Positions 25,683-38,989 of a DNA stretch of 64,000 nucleotides are shown one piece after another. Position numbers and translations under genes: made by a program. This DNA comes from Octopus vulgaris (lineage: Eukaryota). The stretch covers positions 185,442,001 through 185,506,000 of the forward strand of contig OX597814.1 in the NCBI GenBank assembly GCA_951406725.2, read 5' to 3'. Numbering within the stretch: the first letter of the stretch is position 1; every line of letters begins with the position of its first letter. The notes under the pieces were generated by a model. That model saw nothing but the letters and a program-made list of their open reading frames with translations. It was not told where the DNA came from and made no database searches.

Positions 25683-26301
25683 TCCCATGTAATCTGGAAC
25701 TTGTTGTTGAGGATGCATGCTGTGCAATGACCGCATTAGTGCCAGTGACATGAAAAAGGCATCCGGTATGTGCTGTAAATTAGATGGCATTAGGAAGGGC
25801 ATCCAGCAGTAGAAATCATACCAAAGCAGTCACTGGAGCACAAAAGCAGTCCTTGGACCCATCGGATCTTGTCAAACCATCCAGTCCATGTTAGAATGGA
25901 ACAAAGAACATAAAATGATGAAGATGGTGATGATAATGATGATGATGATGAAGATGATGACAACGACAACGACAATGACGATGATGATGTCAATGACGCT
26001 GATGATGATGGTTACAGTCCAAGAGGGTTACAATGCAGACAATAGCATAAAATGTGACAGAAAAGAGGTATGCAGGAATCATGACCGGGACACAGACCCA
26101 TCAAGTTCAGGACTAAAGTACTAACAAGAAGCAGGATTCTTCTCTAAGGCTTTCTGATGTTTAGCCCTCCCTAGGGTTTCTTCCTATTTGTTACACTTAG
26201 AAACCGAACACAACACTTATATCTGATTGCAAGTCATAATACACAGGTAGACATCAAAAGACATACTTTGCCTATTCAACTGTCTCATACTTATAACTCT
26301 A

Positions 26302-26676
26302 CAGGGTGATTCAAAAGTCTCCATACATAGGAAAATTTCTTTTTTTATATATAAGAAATGGTTTATAAAATCCCCTAGATCCCCTGATCTTGCCCCTCTT
26401 AATTTCTATCTTTGGGAGTATTTGAAAGGCACGGTGTATCGTGGAAAGATAAAAGACATAAATCATTTGAAGGAATGCATCACCAACTCATTTACACATG
26501 TATCACCATATGTGCTAATACGAGTTCTCAACGAGTGCGGTAAACGTATTGCAATGTGTATTCAAAGCGATGGTAACCATATAGAGCCTGTTAAATAAAA
26601 AAAAAACTGTTGTTATAAACTGTTTCTTATAAAAAGATAAATTGTTTCTATGTATGGCGACTTCTGAATCACCCTG
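26302..26676 (+). mobile_element. Short Tc1/mariner-superfamily derivative with TIRs, TA target duplication and transposase 3' remnant
   Basis: TIR CAGGGTGATTCAAAAGTCTCCATACATAG versus its reverse complement at the right end; internal frame PRSPDLAPLNFYLWEYLKGTVY..CIQSDGNHIE. Confidence 0.9.
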
Positions 26677-26924
26677 TATAGTGTAAACTATAAATGGGAA
26701 AATTTGAAATGTTTTGCAAAAATATTATCTGCTTAAATAGACTTCTCAGTAACTTTTTTTTTTACAAGTTTTGTATTTTTATGTTTCCAACTGAGATATT
26801 TTTCTAAGTATATTACCAATATAGTTTTACCAATAAAGATTGATTGAGCAAGCACTGAAGATATAAGAGCAAAAGAAAAACATTATAGGAAGACACAAAA
26901 CTAAATTTTGAGAGCTGTATATAT

Positions 26925-27292
26925 ATCATCATAATCATCCTTTAACGTCCGTTTTCCACGCTTGAATGGATTGGATGGTTCAACTGGGGTCTGGGAAGCC
27001 AGGAGGCTGCACCTATATCATTCATCATCATCATCATCATCGTCGTTTAACGTCCGTTCTCCATGCTAGCATGGGTTGGACGGTTCGACTGGGGATCTGG
27101 GAAGCCAGAAGGCTGCACCAGGCTCCAGTCTTATCTGGCAGTGTTTCTACAGCTGGATGCCCTTCCTAACGCCAACCACTCCGTGAGTGTAGTGGGTGCT
27201 TTTTACGTGCCACCTGCACAGGTGCCAGGCGAGGCTGGCAACGGCCACGGTCGGATTGGTGTATTTTATGTGCCACCGGCACGGAAGCCAGA
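26925..27292 (-). mobile_element. Two adjacent RTE 3' fragments between (TA)n tracts
   Basis: TTTAACGTCCGTT.TCCA.GCT at about 26941 and 27046, each preceded by (CAT)n. Confidence 0.8.
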
Positions 27293-27319
27293 CGTATATA
27301 TATATATATATATATATTA

Positions 27320-27522
27320 TTTTATTCTTTTATTTGTTTCAGTCATTTGACTGTGGCCATGCTGGAGCACCACCTTTGGTCAAACAAATCGACACCAGGA
27401 CTTATTTTTTGCAAGCCTAGTAATTATTCTATCAATCTCTTTTGCTAAACTGCTAAGTTATGGGGATGTAAACACACCAGCATCGGTTGTCAAGCGACAT
27501 TGGAGGGGACAAACACAGACAC
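27320..27522 (-). mobile_element. SINE family A, 3' half
   Basis: TTTCAGTCATTTGACTGTGGCCATGCTGGAGCACC..GACAAACACAGAC. Confidence 0.85.
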
Positions 27523-27578
27523 AGTAATAATAATAACATCGAAAAATACCTTAGGAATGAGGTTTGAAATTTCCCCAA

Positions 27579-27624
27579 GACACCTGATGAAGGCTGGAGG
27601 GTATATCAGCCAAAACGTTGTGTT
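27579..27624 (+). ncRNA. Minimal type I hammerhead ribozyme-like motif in a Penelope-like fragment
   Basis: GACAC-CTGATGA-A-GGCTG(loop)CAGCC-aAAAC-GT-T-GTGTT, with canonical CUGAUGA core. Confidence 0.7.
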
Positions 27625-27881
27625 AACAACAAACAAGTTGAGGACAAATATCTGGCAAATGTAAATAATGTAAATAATGTTAATAATGTTCATAACAGCA
27701 GGTTTCCTGGTTTTCATGGCAAATGAATTCCTGACATAGATGGGACACTGGTTCATCACAGCATTACTCCTTTTTACTGGCTGAGTGGACTGGAGTAATG
27801 TGAAATGATGCTTTTTGCTCAAGGTCACAACACATCACCTGGTCCAGGAATTGAAACCGCAATCTTATTTTCTCTTTTTTT

Positions 27882-28288
27882 TTTCTTTTACTTGTTTCAG
27901 TCATTTGACTGCAGCCATGCTGGAGCACCACCTTTAGTTGAGCAAATCAACTACAGAACTTATTCTTTGGAAGCCTAGTACTTATTCTATTGGTCTCTTT
28001 TGCCGAACTACTAAGTTACAGGGACGTCAACACACCAGCATCGGTTGTCAAGCGATGGTGGGGGGAGACAAACGCAGACACACAAACATATACACACACA
28101 TACATATATATATATACATATATACGATGAGCTTCTTTCAGTTTCCATCTACCAAATCCACTCACATGGCTTTGGTCGGCTCAAGGCTTTAGTAGAAGAC
28201 ATTTGCCCAAGGTGCCACGCAGTGGGACTGAACCCGAAACCATGTGGTTGGTAAGCAAGCTACTTACCACACAGCCACTCCTATGCCT
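27882..28288 (-). mobile_element. SINE family A, full length
   Basis: Complete reverse copy. Confidence 0.9.
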
Positions 28289-28307
28289 ATGTAAATAATG
28301 TTCATAA

Positions 28308-28520
28308 GGGCAGGTTTCCTTGTTTCCATGGCAATTAAATTCCCGACATAGACGGGATGCTGGTTCATCACATCATCACTCATTTTTACCAACTGAGTAG
28401 ACTGGAGTAACATGAAATGTAGCTTTTTGCTCAAGATCACAACACATCACCTCATCCAGGAATTGAAACCGCAATCTTATGATCATGAATCCAACACCCC
28501 AACCACTAAGCTACATGCCA
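28308..28520 (-). mobile_element. SINE family D, with a duplicated partial copy at 27695-27868
   Basis: CTGAGT.GACTGGAGTAAC.TGAAAT..TTGCTCAAG..CCAGGAATTGAAACC..ACCACTAAGC. Confidence 0.75.
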
Positions 28521-29257
28521 CCACTTTCATACATATAACAAAACAGCAGCATCCTAGACATATGTCAGCTGTACACCACTCTGGTCCTTAATCATGCCTT
28601 AAATAGAATCAGCAACTGATGCTGACAGTAAGATATTATGGCATTAAAGAAGAATCCTGCTTTTTGCTATACACATTCGACAACGGCATATCATTAGAGG
28701 TGCCATGAGAAATCAGCAGAAATCATGAAGTTTAGCAGATGTAGCAACACTGACGGTTCTTAATTGTTTCTTGCTAAAGACAGAGAATTACAAGACTGTT
28801 TCTATGATGAATGCGTATAGAGAAAGTGAGTCTAGAGAGACCAGTTTAAAGAGACAAGGTTGTCATGTCCCTATTGTAAGTTGCTCTCAAGGTCTCTCCC
28901 TGTTCAGCGTCTTCTTTGACCGTCTTTGATTTACTATGTTTTTGTCATGTGGCATTGACATATCAATCAAAATGCAAATTCTGATAGCCAAATTGGAAAG
29001 CAGTCTGCAAATTAGTCTGCAAATTATATTGTTGTCACTATTTCTGTATCCAATAGGACTATTGTCATTTATTTACATGAGAGGATACCTACTCTCTCTT
29101 TCTCTCCCTCTCTCTCTCTCTCTCCCTCTCTCTCCCTCTTTCTACTTTCTTCTCCCTCTCTCTCTCAGCCTCTTACTTTCTCCTTCCTTCTCACTCTCTC
29201 CCTCACCATCTGAATATTTTCTTATATCAGTCTGAGCTGAGAACCTTATAGTCAACA

Positions 29258-29289
<32 letters not shown>

Positions 29290-29292
29290 TTC

Positions 29293-29815
29293 TTTTATTC
29301 TTTTACTCTTTTACTTGTTTCAATCATTTGACTGCAGCCATGCTGGAGCACCACCTTTAGTCGAACAAATCGACCCCAGAATTTATTCTTTGTAAGCCTA
29401 GTACTTATTCTATTGATCTCTTTTGCCGAACCACTAGCTACAGGGATGTAAACACACCAACATCGGTTGTCACGTGATGGTGGCAGGGGGGGCACACACT
29501 GACATACACTCAAATACGCACACACACACATATTCAACGGGCTTCTTTCAGTTTCAGTCTACCAAATCCACTCCCAAGGCTTTGGCTGGCCCGATGCTAT
29601 ATATATTTTTTTTTTTTCCCAGATATATGATACACTGATGATATATATATATATTTGATAGGCTTCTTTCAGTTTCTATCTACCAAATCCACAAGGCTTT
29701 GGTCAGTCTGAAGTTATAGCAGAAGATACTTGCCCAAGGTGCCACACAGTGGGACTGAGCCTTGTACCATGTAGTTGGGAAGCAAGCTTCTTACCACACA
29801 ACCATGCCTGCACTT
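29293..29815 (-). mobile_element. SINE family A copy plus an additional head fragment
   Basis: Tail and body 29293-29600; second head 29658-29815. Confidence 0.8.
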
Positions 29816-29855
29816 GTGCATGTATGTGTCTGTGTGTGTGTGTGCGCGTGCGTGC

Positions 29856-29908
<53 letters not shown>

Positions 29909-30429
29909 TAAGTCACTCAGTGCTTATAGAACTAAGTCCATCTTGCTGGAAATAAGTACCATAGAGTTGTACTAGTTTTCTGCTCCAGGTAGAAAACAAC
30001 CATAATACGTATCTCATTAGCTTGGCATTCTGAGCGCAACTCTTTCTCTGGATTTGTAGAAGCCAGGTTAATGACACGGTGACAATCATTTCAACCTGTC
30101 TTACCATTGGATCTACGTCAGGATTCTGATTTCATGTCACATTTATGCTGCATAAGAAGCCATTTAACATTAATCTTGACATAAACTAGGTATCTTTCAC
30201 CAGCTTCACATCTGCCACAACCACCAGAAACCCCAAGAATAGAAGCCAGCATTGTTATTGTCATTGATAAACAAATGAATTAATTAATTAATTACCAACT
30301 GAATATCATAGAATTATCATAATTAAAGAAATATCATAAACAATTATTAAAGAAAATAGGAGTAATTTAATTAATCTCTCTCGGCTTATACTTATGATAA
30401 TTTCTTCTTACCAACTTCAGACTGTGCTA

Positions 30430-30705
30430 CAGGGTGTCCCAAAAGTCATTGATGGGTTTCAATTTTTAATAGCTTCCTTAAATTTACAAATAAATGTATG
30501 AAATTTTGATACAATATAAAGGACATAATGGAAATTAATAGGCCCAGGAGTGGCTGTGTGGTAAGTAGCTTGCTTATCAACCACATGGTTCTGGGTTCAG
30601 TCCCACTGCGTGGTACCTTGGGCAAGTGCCTTCTACTATAACTTCGGGCCGACCAAAGCCTTGTGAGTGGATTTGGTAGATGGAAACTGAAAGAAGCCCG
30701 TCATA

Positions 30706-30756
<51 letters not shown>

Positions 30757-31738
30757 GTGTGTGTATGTATATGTTTGTGTGTCTGTGTTTGTCCCCACAA
30801 CATCGCTTGACAACCGATGCAGTTCGGCAAAAAGAGACCGATAGAATAAGTACTAGGCTTACAAAGAATAAGACCTGGGGTCGATTTACTCGACTAAAGG
30901 CAGTGCTCCAGCATGGCCGCAGTCAAATGACTGAAACAAGTAAAAGAGTAAAAAGAGAGAGTATGCCCAAGTCAAATTTTGCAACACCACTACATCACAT
31001 ACAAAAAATGATATTGTTTAATGGCAGCCATTTTCAGCTTCGTACGCCTGTGCTCTTTTCAAAACTTGCACCATAACACCCTCAAGCATTTCAGACCCAT
31101 CTCTTTGATTTCTCTATTGATGTTCTCCTATAGTTGCACCAGGGTCACTAGTTTGTTGACGTAAACCCTCTCTTTCAATTATCCCCACAAGAAAAAATCC
31201 AGGCTTGTCAAGCCTGGGGAACATGAAAGCCAATAGACATTGCCATAGCAAGAGATTATTCTCTCCCCAAAGTGCTGCCATAGCAACCACATTGTTTCTC
31301 TTGCGGAATGAGCAGTTGCCCCATCTTGCTTGAACCATGTGTGAGGTCTACTTTGAATGGCTTTCACATTCTCCAGGCTTGACAAGCCCAGATTTTTTCT
31401 TGTGAAGATACTTAAAAGAGAAGGGTACGTCAACAAACCGGAGACCCTGGTGCAAAGGAAAGAGAACATTAATAGAGAAATCAAAGACGTGGGGTTTGAA
31501 ACTTTCAAGGATGTTATGGTGCAAGTTTTGGAAAGAGCACAGGTATGCAAAGCCGAAAATGGCAGCCATTTAAGGGATGTCATTTTTCATGTGTTTTGTA
31601 GAGGTGCTGCAAAATTTGACTTGTGCATATTAATTTCCAATATGTCCTTTATATGGTATCAAAATTTCATGCATTTATTTGTAAAGTTAAGGAAGTTATT
31701 AAAAATCAAAACCCATCGGTGACTTTTAGGACACCCTG
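30430..31738. mobile_element. Fold-back DD41D-type Tc1/mariner derivative with ~380 bp inverted arms
   Basis: Ends CAGGGTGTCCCAAAAGTCA / TGACTTTTAGGACACCCTG; arms 30430-31230 (minus the SINE) and 31358-31738 are inverted copies; minus strand QDGATAH..SPGLTSLD has 41 residues between the two D. Confidence 0.85.
30541..30960 (+). mobile_element. SINE family A inserted in the left arm of the fold-back element
   Basis: The right arm preserves the empty site GGAAATTAATA|TGCACAAG in reverse complement. Confidence 0.9.
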
Positions 31739-31877
31739 CATTAGGGGAATAAAAACAGAAATGAAAAAGAAATTTTAATGTCACAAATAAAGTAAATGAT
31801 GCATGTTAAGAAATTGAATGGACAACACATGGAGATGTAGTAAATGAGAAGAGAAACATCAGAAAATGTGCTTATAA

Positions 31878-32358
31878 GGCGGCGAGTTGGCAGAAACGTT
31901 AGCCCGCCAGGTGAAATGCTTAGCAGTATTTCGTCTGCCACTATGTTCTGAGTTCAAATTCCACCAAGGTCGACTTTGCCTTTCATCCTTTCAGGGTCGA
32001 TTAAATAGGTATGGGTCATGCACTGGGGTTGATATAATTGACTTAATCCGTTTGTCTGTCCTTGTTTGTCCTCTCTGTGTTTAGCCCCTTGTGGGTAGTA
32101 AAGAAATAGGTATTTCGTCTGTCCTTGTTTGTCATCTCTGTGTTTAACCCCTTGTGGGTAGTAAAGAAATAGGTATTTCGTCTGTCTTTACGTTCTGAGC
32201 TCAAATTCCGCCAAGGTCGACTTTGCCTTTCATCCTGTCAGGGTCGATAAATTAAGTACCAATTATGCACTGGGGTAAGTGTAATCGACTTAATCCCTTT
32301 GTTTGTCCTTGTTTGTCCCCTCTATGTTTAGCCCCTTGTGGGCAATATAGAAATAAGA
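31878..32358 (+). mobile_element. SINE family B (central domain resembles MetaSINEs) with internal duplications
   Basis: GGCGAGTTGGCAGAA..GAGTTCAAATTCC..GACTTTGCCTTTCATCCTTTCAGGGTCGAT; tail CCCCTTGTGGG repeated three times. Confidence 0.8.
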
Positions 32359-32537
32359 AAGTGTGCTGCCACAAATAAGTATAGAACAGCATCAACAAAG
32401 CTAAAAGAAGCTTTAACTCCTTTGTATTTAAACCAGCAGTATCTGGCCTACATATTCTACCTGTTTTGTGTTCAAATTGGCCAGATCCAGCATCTCACTC
32501 TTACCCTACAATGTCATTTTAAAAATGAACTACTATA

Positions 32538-32897
32538 GACATGGCTGTGTGGTAAAAAGCTTGCTTCCCAACCACATGGTTCCGGGTTCAATCCCACTGT
32601 GTCACACCTTGAGCAAGTGTCTTCTATTATAGTCTCTGGCCGACCAAAGCTTTGTGAGTGGATTTGGTAGGTGGAAACTAAAAGAAGCCCATCGTATAAC
32701 TGTGTGTGTGTGTGTATGTGTGTCTTTGTATCTGTGTTTGTCCCCATTACTGCTTGACAACTGATGTCAGTGTGTTTACGTCTCTGTAACATAGTGGTTC
32801 AGCAAAAGAGACTGATAGAATAAATACTGGGCTTAAAATTAAGTCTTGGGGTCGATTTGTTCAACTAAAACCCTTCAGGGTGATGCTCTAGCATGGG
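32538..32897 (+). mobile_element. SINE family A, older copy
   Basis: Head and body homology. Confidence 0.8.
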
Positions 32898-33113
32898 CAG
32901 GGAGGCTACTAAAACGATGATGGTGTCATGGGTCCTGCTTTGGCTAAATGTTTTAAGTAATTTAAGCACCAAATTATAGCGTTTTATGCAGTTTCTCATA
33001 TTTCCAGCTATCCTTATGCTCTTGGAATCAACTCTTGAGGTTGACTGACACTTGCAGAAGAGCAAATTATGACATACATGTTAAATCCATCAGATAACAT
33101 TAGCAATTTACAA

Positions 33114-33181
<68 letters not shown>

Positions 33182-33192
33182 TGATAATAATG

Positions 33193-33223
<31 letters not shown>

Positions 33224-33260
33224 TAATAATAAAAAAGTAATAATAATAATAATAATAATA

Positions 33261-33340
<80 letters not shown>

Positions 33341-33842
33341 TCTTATTTCTTTATTGCCCACAAGGGGCTAAACATAGAGGGGCTAAACAAGGACAGACAA
33401 AGGGATTAAGTCGATTACATCGACCCCAGTGCATAACTGGTACTTAATTTATCAACTCCAAAAGGATGAAAGGCAATGTCGACCTTGGCAGAATTTGAAC
33501 TCAGAACATAAAATATAATAATAATAATAATAACAATCCTTTCTATTATGGGCACAAGGCCTGAAAATTTGGGGGACAGGACTGGTCAATTACATTGACC
33601 ACAGTACTCAACTGGTACTTAGTTTATCGACCCCAAAAGGACAAAAGGCAAAATCGACCTCAGAACATAAAGACAGACGAAATGCTGCTAAGCATTTTGC
33701 CCAGCATGCTAACGGTTCTGCCAGCTCATCACTTTAATAATAAACAATAATAATAACAATAACAATGATGATGATGACTGCAGTAATAATAGTAATAATA
33801 ATAACAATAATAATAATAATAATGATAATGATAATAATGATG

Positions 33843-33891
<49 letters not shown>

Positions 33892-33908
33892 TAATAATGA
33901 TAATAATG

Positions 33909-33963
<55 letters not shown>

Positions 33964-34016
33964 TAATAATAATGATAATGATAATAATAATAATAATGAT
34001 AATAATAATAATAATG

Positions 34017-34065
<49 letters not shown>

Positions 34066-34066
34066 A

Positions 34067-34127
<61 letters not shown>

Positions 34128-34130
34128 GTA
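33114..34130. repeat. Very long (TAA)n tracts enclosing two minus-strand SINE B copies (33342-33510, 33535-33732)
   Basis: Direct reading. Confidence 0.9.
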
Positions 34131-35019
34131 AAAATGCAATAATAATAAAGTCTAAAGAAATTTGAAATTTTGTTTTGTGTACGCAGCATTATCTTTGTGT
34201 TCAGACAGCAAGTCAGTTTGACCCAACCCTTGGAAATCTTAAAAATCACCATTATGCGCATTAAGACGATAATGCCATACCATCAATTCTTTCTTTTCAC
34301 ACTTGCTTCATTCGCAAATACTTTATTTCGGGAACAAATTTTACACAAAGAACTAAATAAATTAACAGAACAGAACTTAATCAAAAAACATAACGTCAAC
34401 AAGAATAATAATAACAACAAAAATAATGATGATGATGATGATGATGATGATTTCTTTTATAATAATAACAACAACAACAATAGTAATAATAATAATCATG
34501 ATGATGATGATGATGATTATGATAATGATAATGATAATTAAAAAGATTTTTATAAAATCATTGCATAACATGGTATTCATATTTCTCATTAACTGAAAAT
34601 TCCTAAATTGTTGAAAGGAATGAATTTAAATCCTACGGGAACCATTTTGAGTAAAGACAAAAAAAAGCCCCCCCCACCAAAAAAAAAAGAAAAAATAGAA
34701 TTTTTCAGAATTTTTCAAAGGTGAAGAGTAAAATAACAAAAATTAAAGATATCCCCCCCTTACAAAAATAAATACAATTTAACAGCAATTTTTAAAAGTA
34801 ACCGGAACAAAATTTACATATTTCAATGAAAATTCTTTTCAGAGAAGTATTTAGATATATCTAACGATATTAAAATTGAACAATATTCACAGTAATAATA
34901 CAATGGTAGGGTTGAATATGTTTTCATAACCTACCAGATTTGACAAAAGGAAAAAAAAATCAATACAGACTTAATAAACTGACATATGTATGTCTATATA
35001 TACATATGTATGCATGTGT

Positions 35020-36546
35020 CATTATTCAGGTTTATTTGAAGGTTTCTTGCCAATTGAGAAAGAACTGGTTTTCTAACTTAGATCCAAGGCTCCTTCATTG
35101 GAATTTAACCATCAACAACAAGGTATGTATGCATGTATGTATGTATGTATGTATGTATGTATGTATGTATGTATGTATGTGTATGTCCTTATTCAGTTTA
35201 TTTCAAGATTTCTTGCCAATAGAGGAAGAATCGGATTCTAACCTAGATCCAGGAGGTATTTTTGTATATTTTTGTACAAGGTATTTTTGTATGTATGTAT
35301 GTATGTATGTATGTATGTATGTATGTATGTATGTAGGGGGATAATTCACAAAAAAAAAACAAAAGTTGAAGACAGGTGGTGTAGACAACAGATGTATTAG
35401 TTTAATGCTCGGGAAGTGAAAAAGTCATTGACATTTCGAGCCTACACTCTTCCACAGAAAGGAACAAGGAGAGAAAATAAAGAATATGTAGTGGCTAGTG
35501 ATCTATGTATGTATGTCATGTATGTCATGTATGTATGTATGTATGTATGTATGTATGTATGTCATTATTCGTTTATTTCAAGATTTCAAGCCTATAGAGG
35601 AAGAGCCAATTTCAAACCTAGATCCAAGGCTCCTTCATTGGAATTTCAACATCAACAACAGGGTATGTATGTATGTATGTATGTATGTATGTATGTATGT
35701 ATGTATGTATGTATGTATGCATGTATGTATATATGTATGTATGTACGTATGTATGTATGTATGTATGTATGTATGTATGTATGTATGTATGTATGTATGT
35801 ATGTATGTATGTATGTATGTATGTGTATACCATTATTCAGTTTATTTCAAGATTTCTTGCCAATAGAGGAAGAATCAGTTTCTAACCTAGATCCAAGGCT
35901 CCTTCAGTGGAGGTATTTTTGTATATTTTTGTACAAGGTATTTTTGTATGTATGTATGTATGTATGTATGTAGGGGTATAATTCACAAAAAAAAACAAAA
36001 GATGAAGACAGGTGGTGTAGACAAACAGACGTATTAGTATAACGCTCGGTAAGATGAAACAGTCTTTAACGTTTCGAGCCTATGCTCTTCCACAGAAAGG
36101 AACACAGAAAGAAACAAGGAGAAAAAATAAAGAATGTGTAGTGGCTAGCGATCTATAAATGTATGTATTTATGCATTTATGTGTGTATGTATGTATGTAT
36201 GTATGTATGTATGTATGTATGTATGTATGTATGTGTGTATGTATGTATGTATGTATGTATGTATGTATGTATGTATGTATGTATGTATGTATGTGTGTGT
36301 GTATGTATGTAAGTGTATGTCATTATTCTGGTTTATTTCAAGATTTCTTGCCAATAGAGAAAGAGTCAGCTTCTAACTTAGATTCAAGGTTCCTTCATTG
36401 GAATTTCAACAGCAGCTGGGTATTTTCAAATTATGTATGTTATTCAATTTTTTTTCAACATTTCTTGCAAATAAAGGAAAAGTCAGTTTCTAACTTAGAT
36501 CCAAGACTCCATCATTAGAATTTTAACAACATCAACAGGGTATTTT
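35020..36546 (-). repeat. Higher-order array of two short modules separated by (TATG)n
   Basis: Module M at about 35020, 35188, 35563, 35831, 36321 and 36441; module P at 35336 and 35972. Confidence 0.85.
36064..36099 (-). ncRNA. Minimal hammerhead-like motif, CUGUGGA variant (paralog at 35426-35461)
   Basis: CTTT-CTGTGGA-A-GAGC(ATAG)GCTC-GAAAC-GT-T-AAAG: stems I and II pair, GAAAC/GUU intact, A6 replaced by U. Confidence 0.5.
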
Positions 36547-36669
36547 TGCATGCATGCAAATATATGTGCAGTACTTGGAGTTAGTGTATGTGCAGATTTG
36601 TATGTTTTGTTTTATGTATGTATTATCATGCATATAGTTGCACATCTAGAGATGCACATATTTATGTAT

Positions 36670-37513
<844 letters not shown>

Positions 37514-37788
37514 CAGAAAATTTTATAAATTTTTATAGTTCTATAGACAGCATGGATCTGAGGTCTTTGAATCAGTTTTCTCCTTTCTGGTTTTGAGAAG
37601 TCTAATTTCTCAAGAGTAGTACTTAAACAGTGTGTTACATGTCCCAGCCCCCCAATAATTACAGGTATAGACTTGAACTTGTAATCTAGGTAAAGTAACT
37701 GTAGATTTCTCAATAGTTCAGCATAAGTATTTTCATTTTTGCTGATCTTTAATCATATGTTAACATCCATCGGGCAGCTGATTTCCAT
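37514..37788 (-). mobile_element. Second restriction-like-endonuclease LINE C-terminal remnant
   Basis: [47 protein letters not shown] parallels DVSIP..KY..IPIIVGALG at 21721; abuts (CATA)n. Confidence 0.65.
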
Positions 37789-37807
37789 ATGTATGTATGT
37801 ATGTATG

Positions 37808-37841
<34 letters not shown>

Positions 37842-38249
37842 TGTATGTATGTATGTGTGTATCTATGTATGTATGAGTTATGTGTGTGTGTATGATGTAC
37901 ATGAATGCATGTATTGTGTGTGTGTGTGTGTGAGTATGGAGGAGGCATGTATGCTTACGTAGAGATACTGTTAAAGAGTTTTTCACCTGGGGAAAATTTC
38001 ATCGACTCCAACCAACTTCTGTTCTATTTGATCTTGATTTGATACGAATATCAAGAAGAATAATGTTGAGATTAATGCAATGCTGGTACAGAGGACTAGA
38101 TTCTTCAAATGCTACCAAGATTGATTTTTGTCTTTCATCTCTACCATTTGCTAAAGTAAATATACCTGTGTGATAACTGAGTATGATTAAATTAACTTCA
38201 ATATTCAACAATCAATCTACCTATCTATCTGTCTTTTTATTTGCCCCCA

Positions 38250-38332
<83 letters not shown>

Positions 38333-38814
38333 ATGTCTATATGTATGTATGTATATATGTATGTGTGTGTGTGTTTGTGTATGTGCATATATATATTTAT
38401 CTGTCTATCCCTCTTTCTACCTATCTATATTTATATCTATATCTATTTATATATATAATTATATATAACTATACATACACACTCACACACACACACATAT
38501 CTGATTATCTATCTATCTGTTTATCTACATGTGTGTGTGTGTGTGTAAATTTGTTGTATAATATATAGATTTATAGAATTGCGTGGCTATCAGAAAAAGC
38601 TCCTCTAGCAGACTTGGCTACCAGACCACATAGTATTCTTATAGAGAGGAGTATGAAGTAGAGTTCCATGCAGCTGAAATCCAAGAGATACAATCAATAA
38701 GATTATTTCATAAGGAGTATATAACACACAAAAAATCAGGAGGTGTGAGAGATGAATATATTCAGGATGACAAGTGGTTAAATAAATATATTCACCTCAC
38801 ATATTTATACAAAC

Positions 38815-38880
<66 letters not shown>

Positions 38881-38884
38881 GTGT

Positions 38885-38923
<39 letters not shown>

Positions 38924-38989
38924 TAAACATACATATACATATACGCATATCATCATCATCATCATCATCATCATATATATATATATATA

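Noticed and set aside
35020-36546. Repeat-spacer appearance resembling a CRISPR array
   Set aside because: Repeats are ~100 bp and divergent, spacers are (TATG)n, there are no cas genes, and the context is eukaryotic
37987-38165. Possible minus-strand exon bounded by CAG and GTGAAA
   Set aside because: All three frames contain a stop, the splice signals are weak, and the peptide is not recognisable
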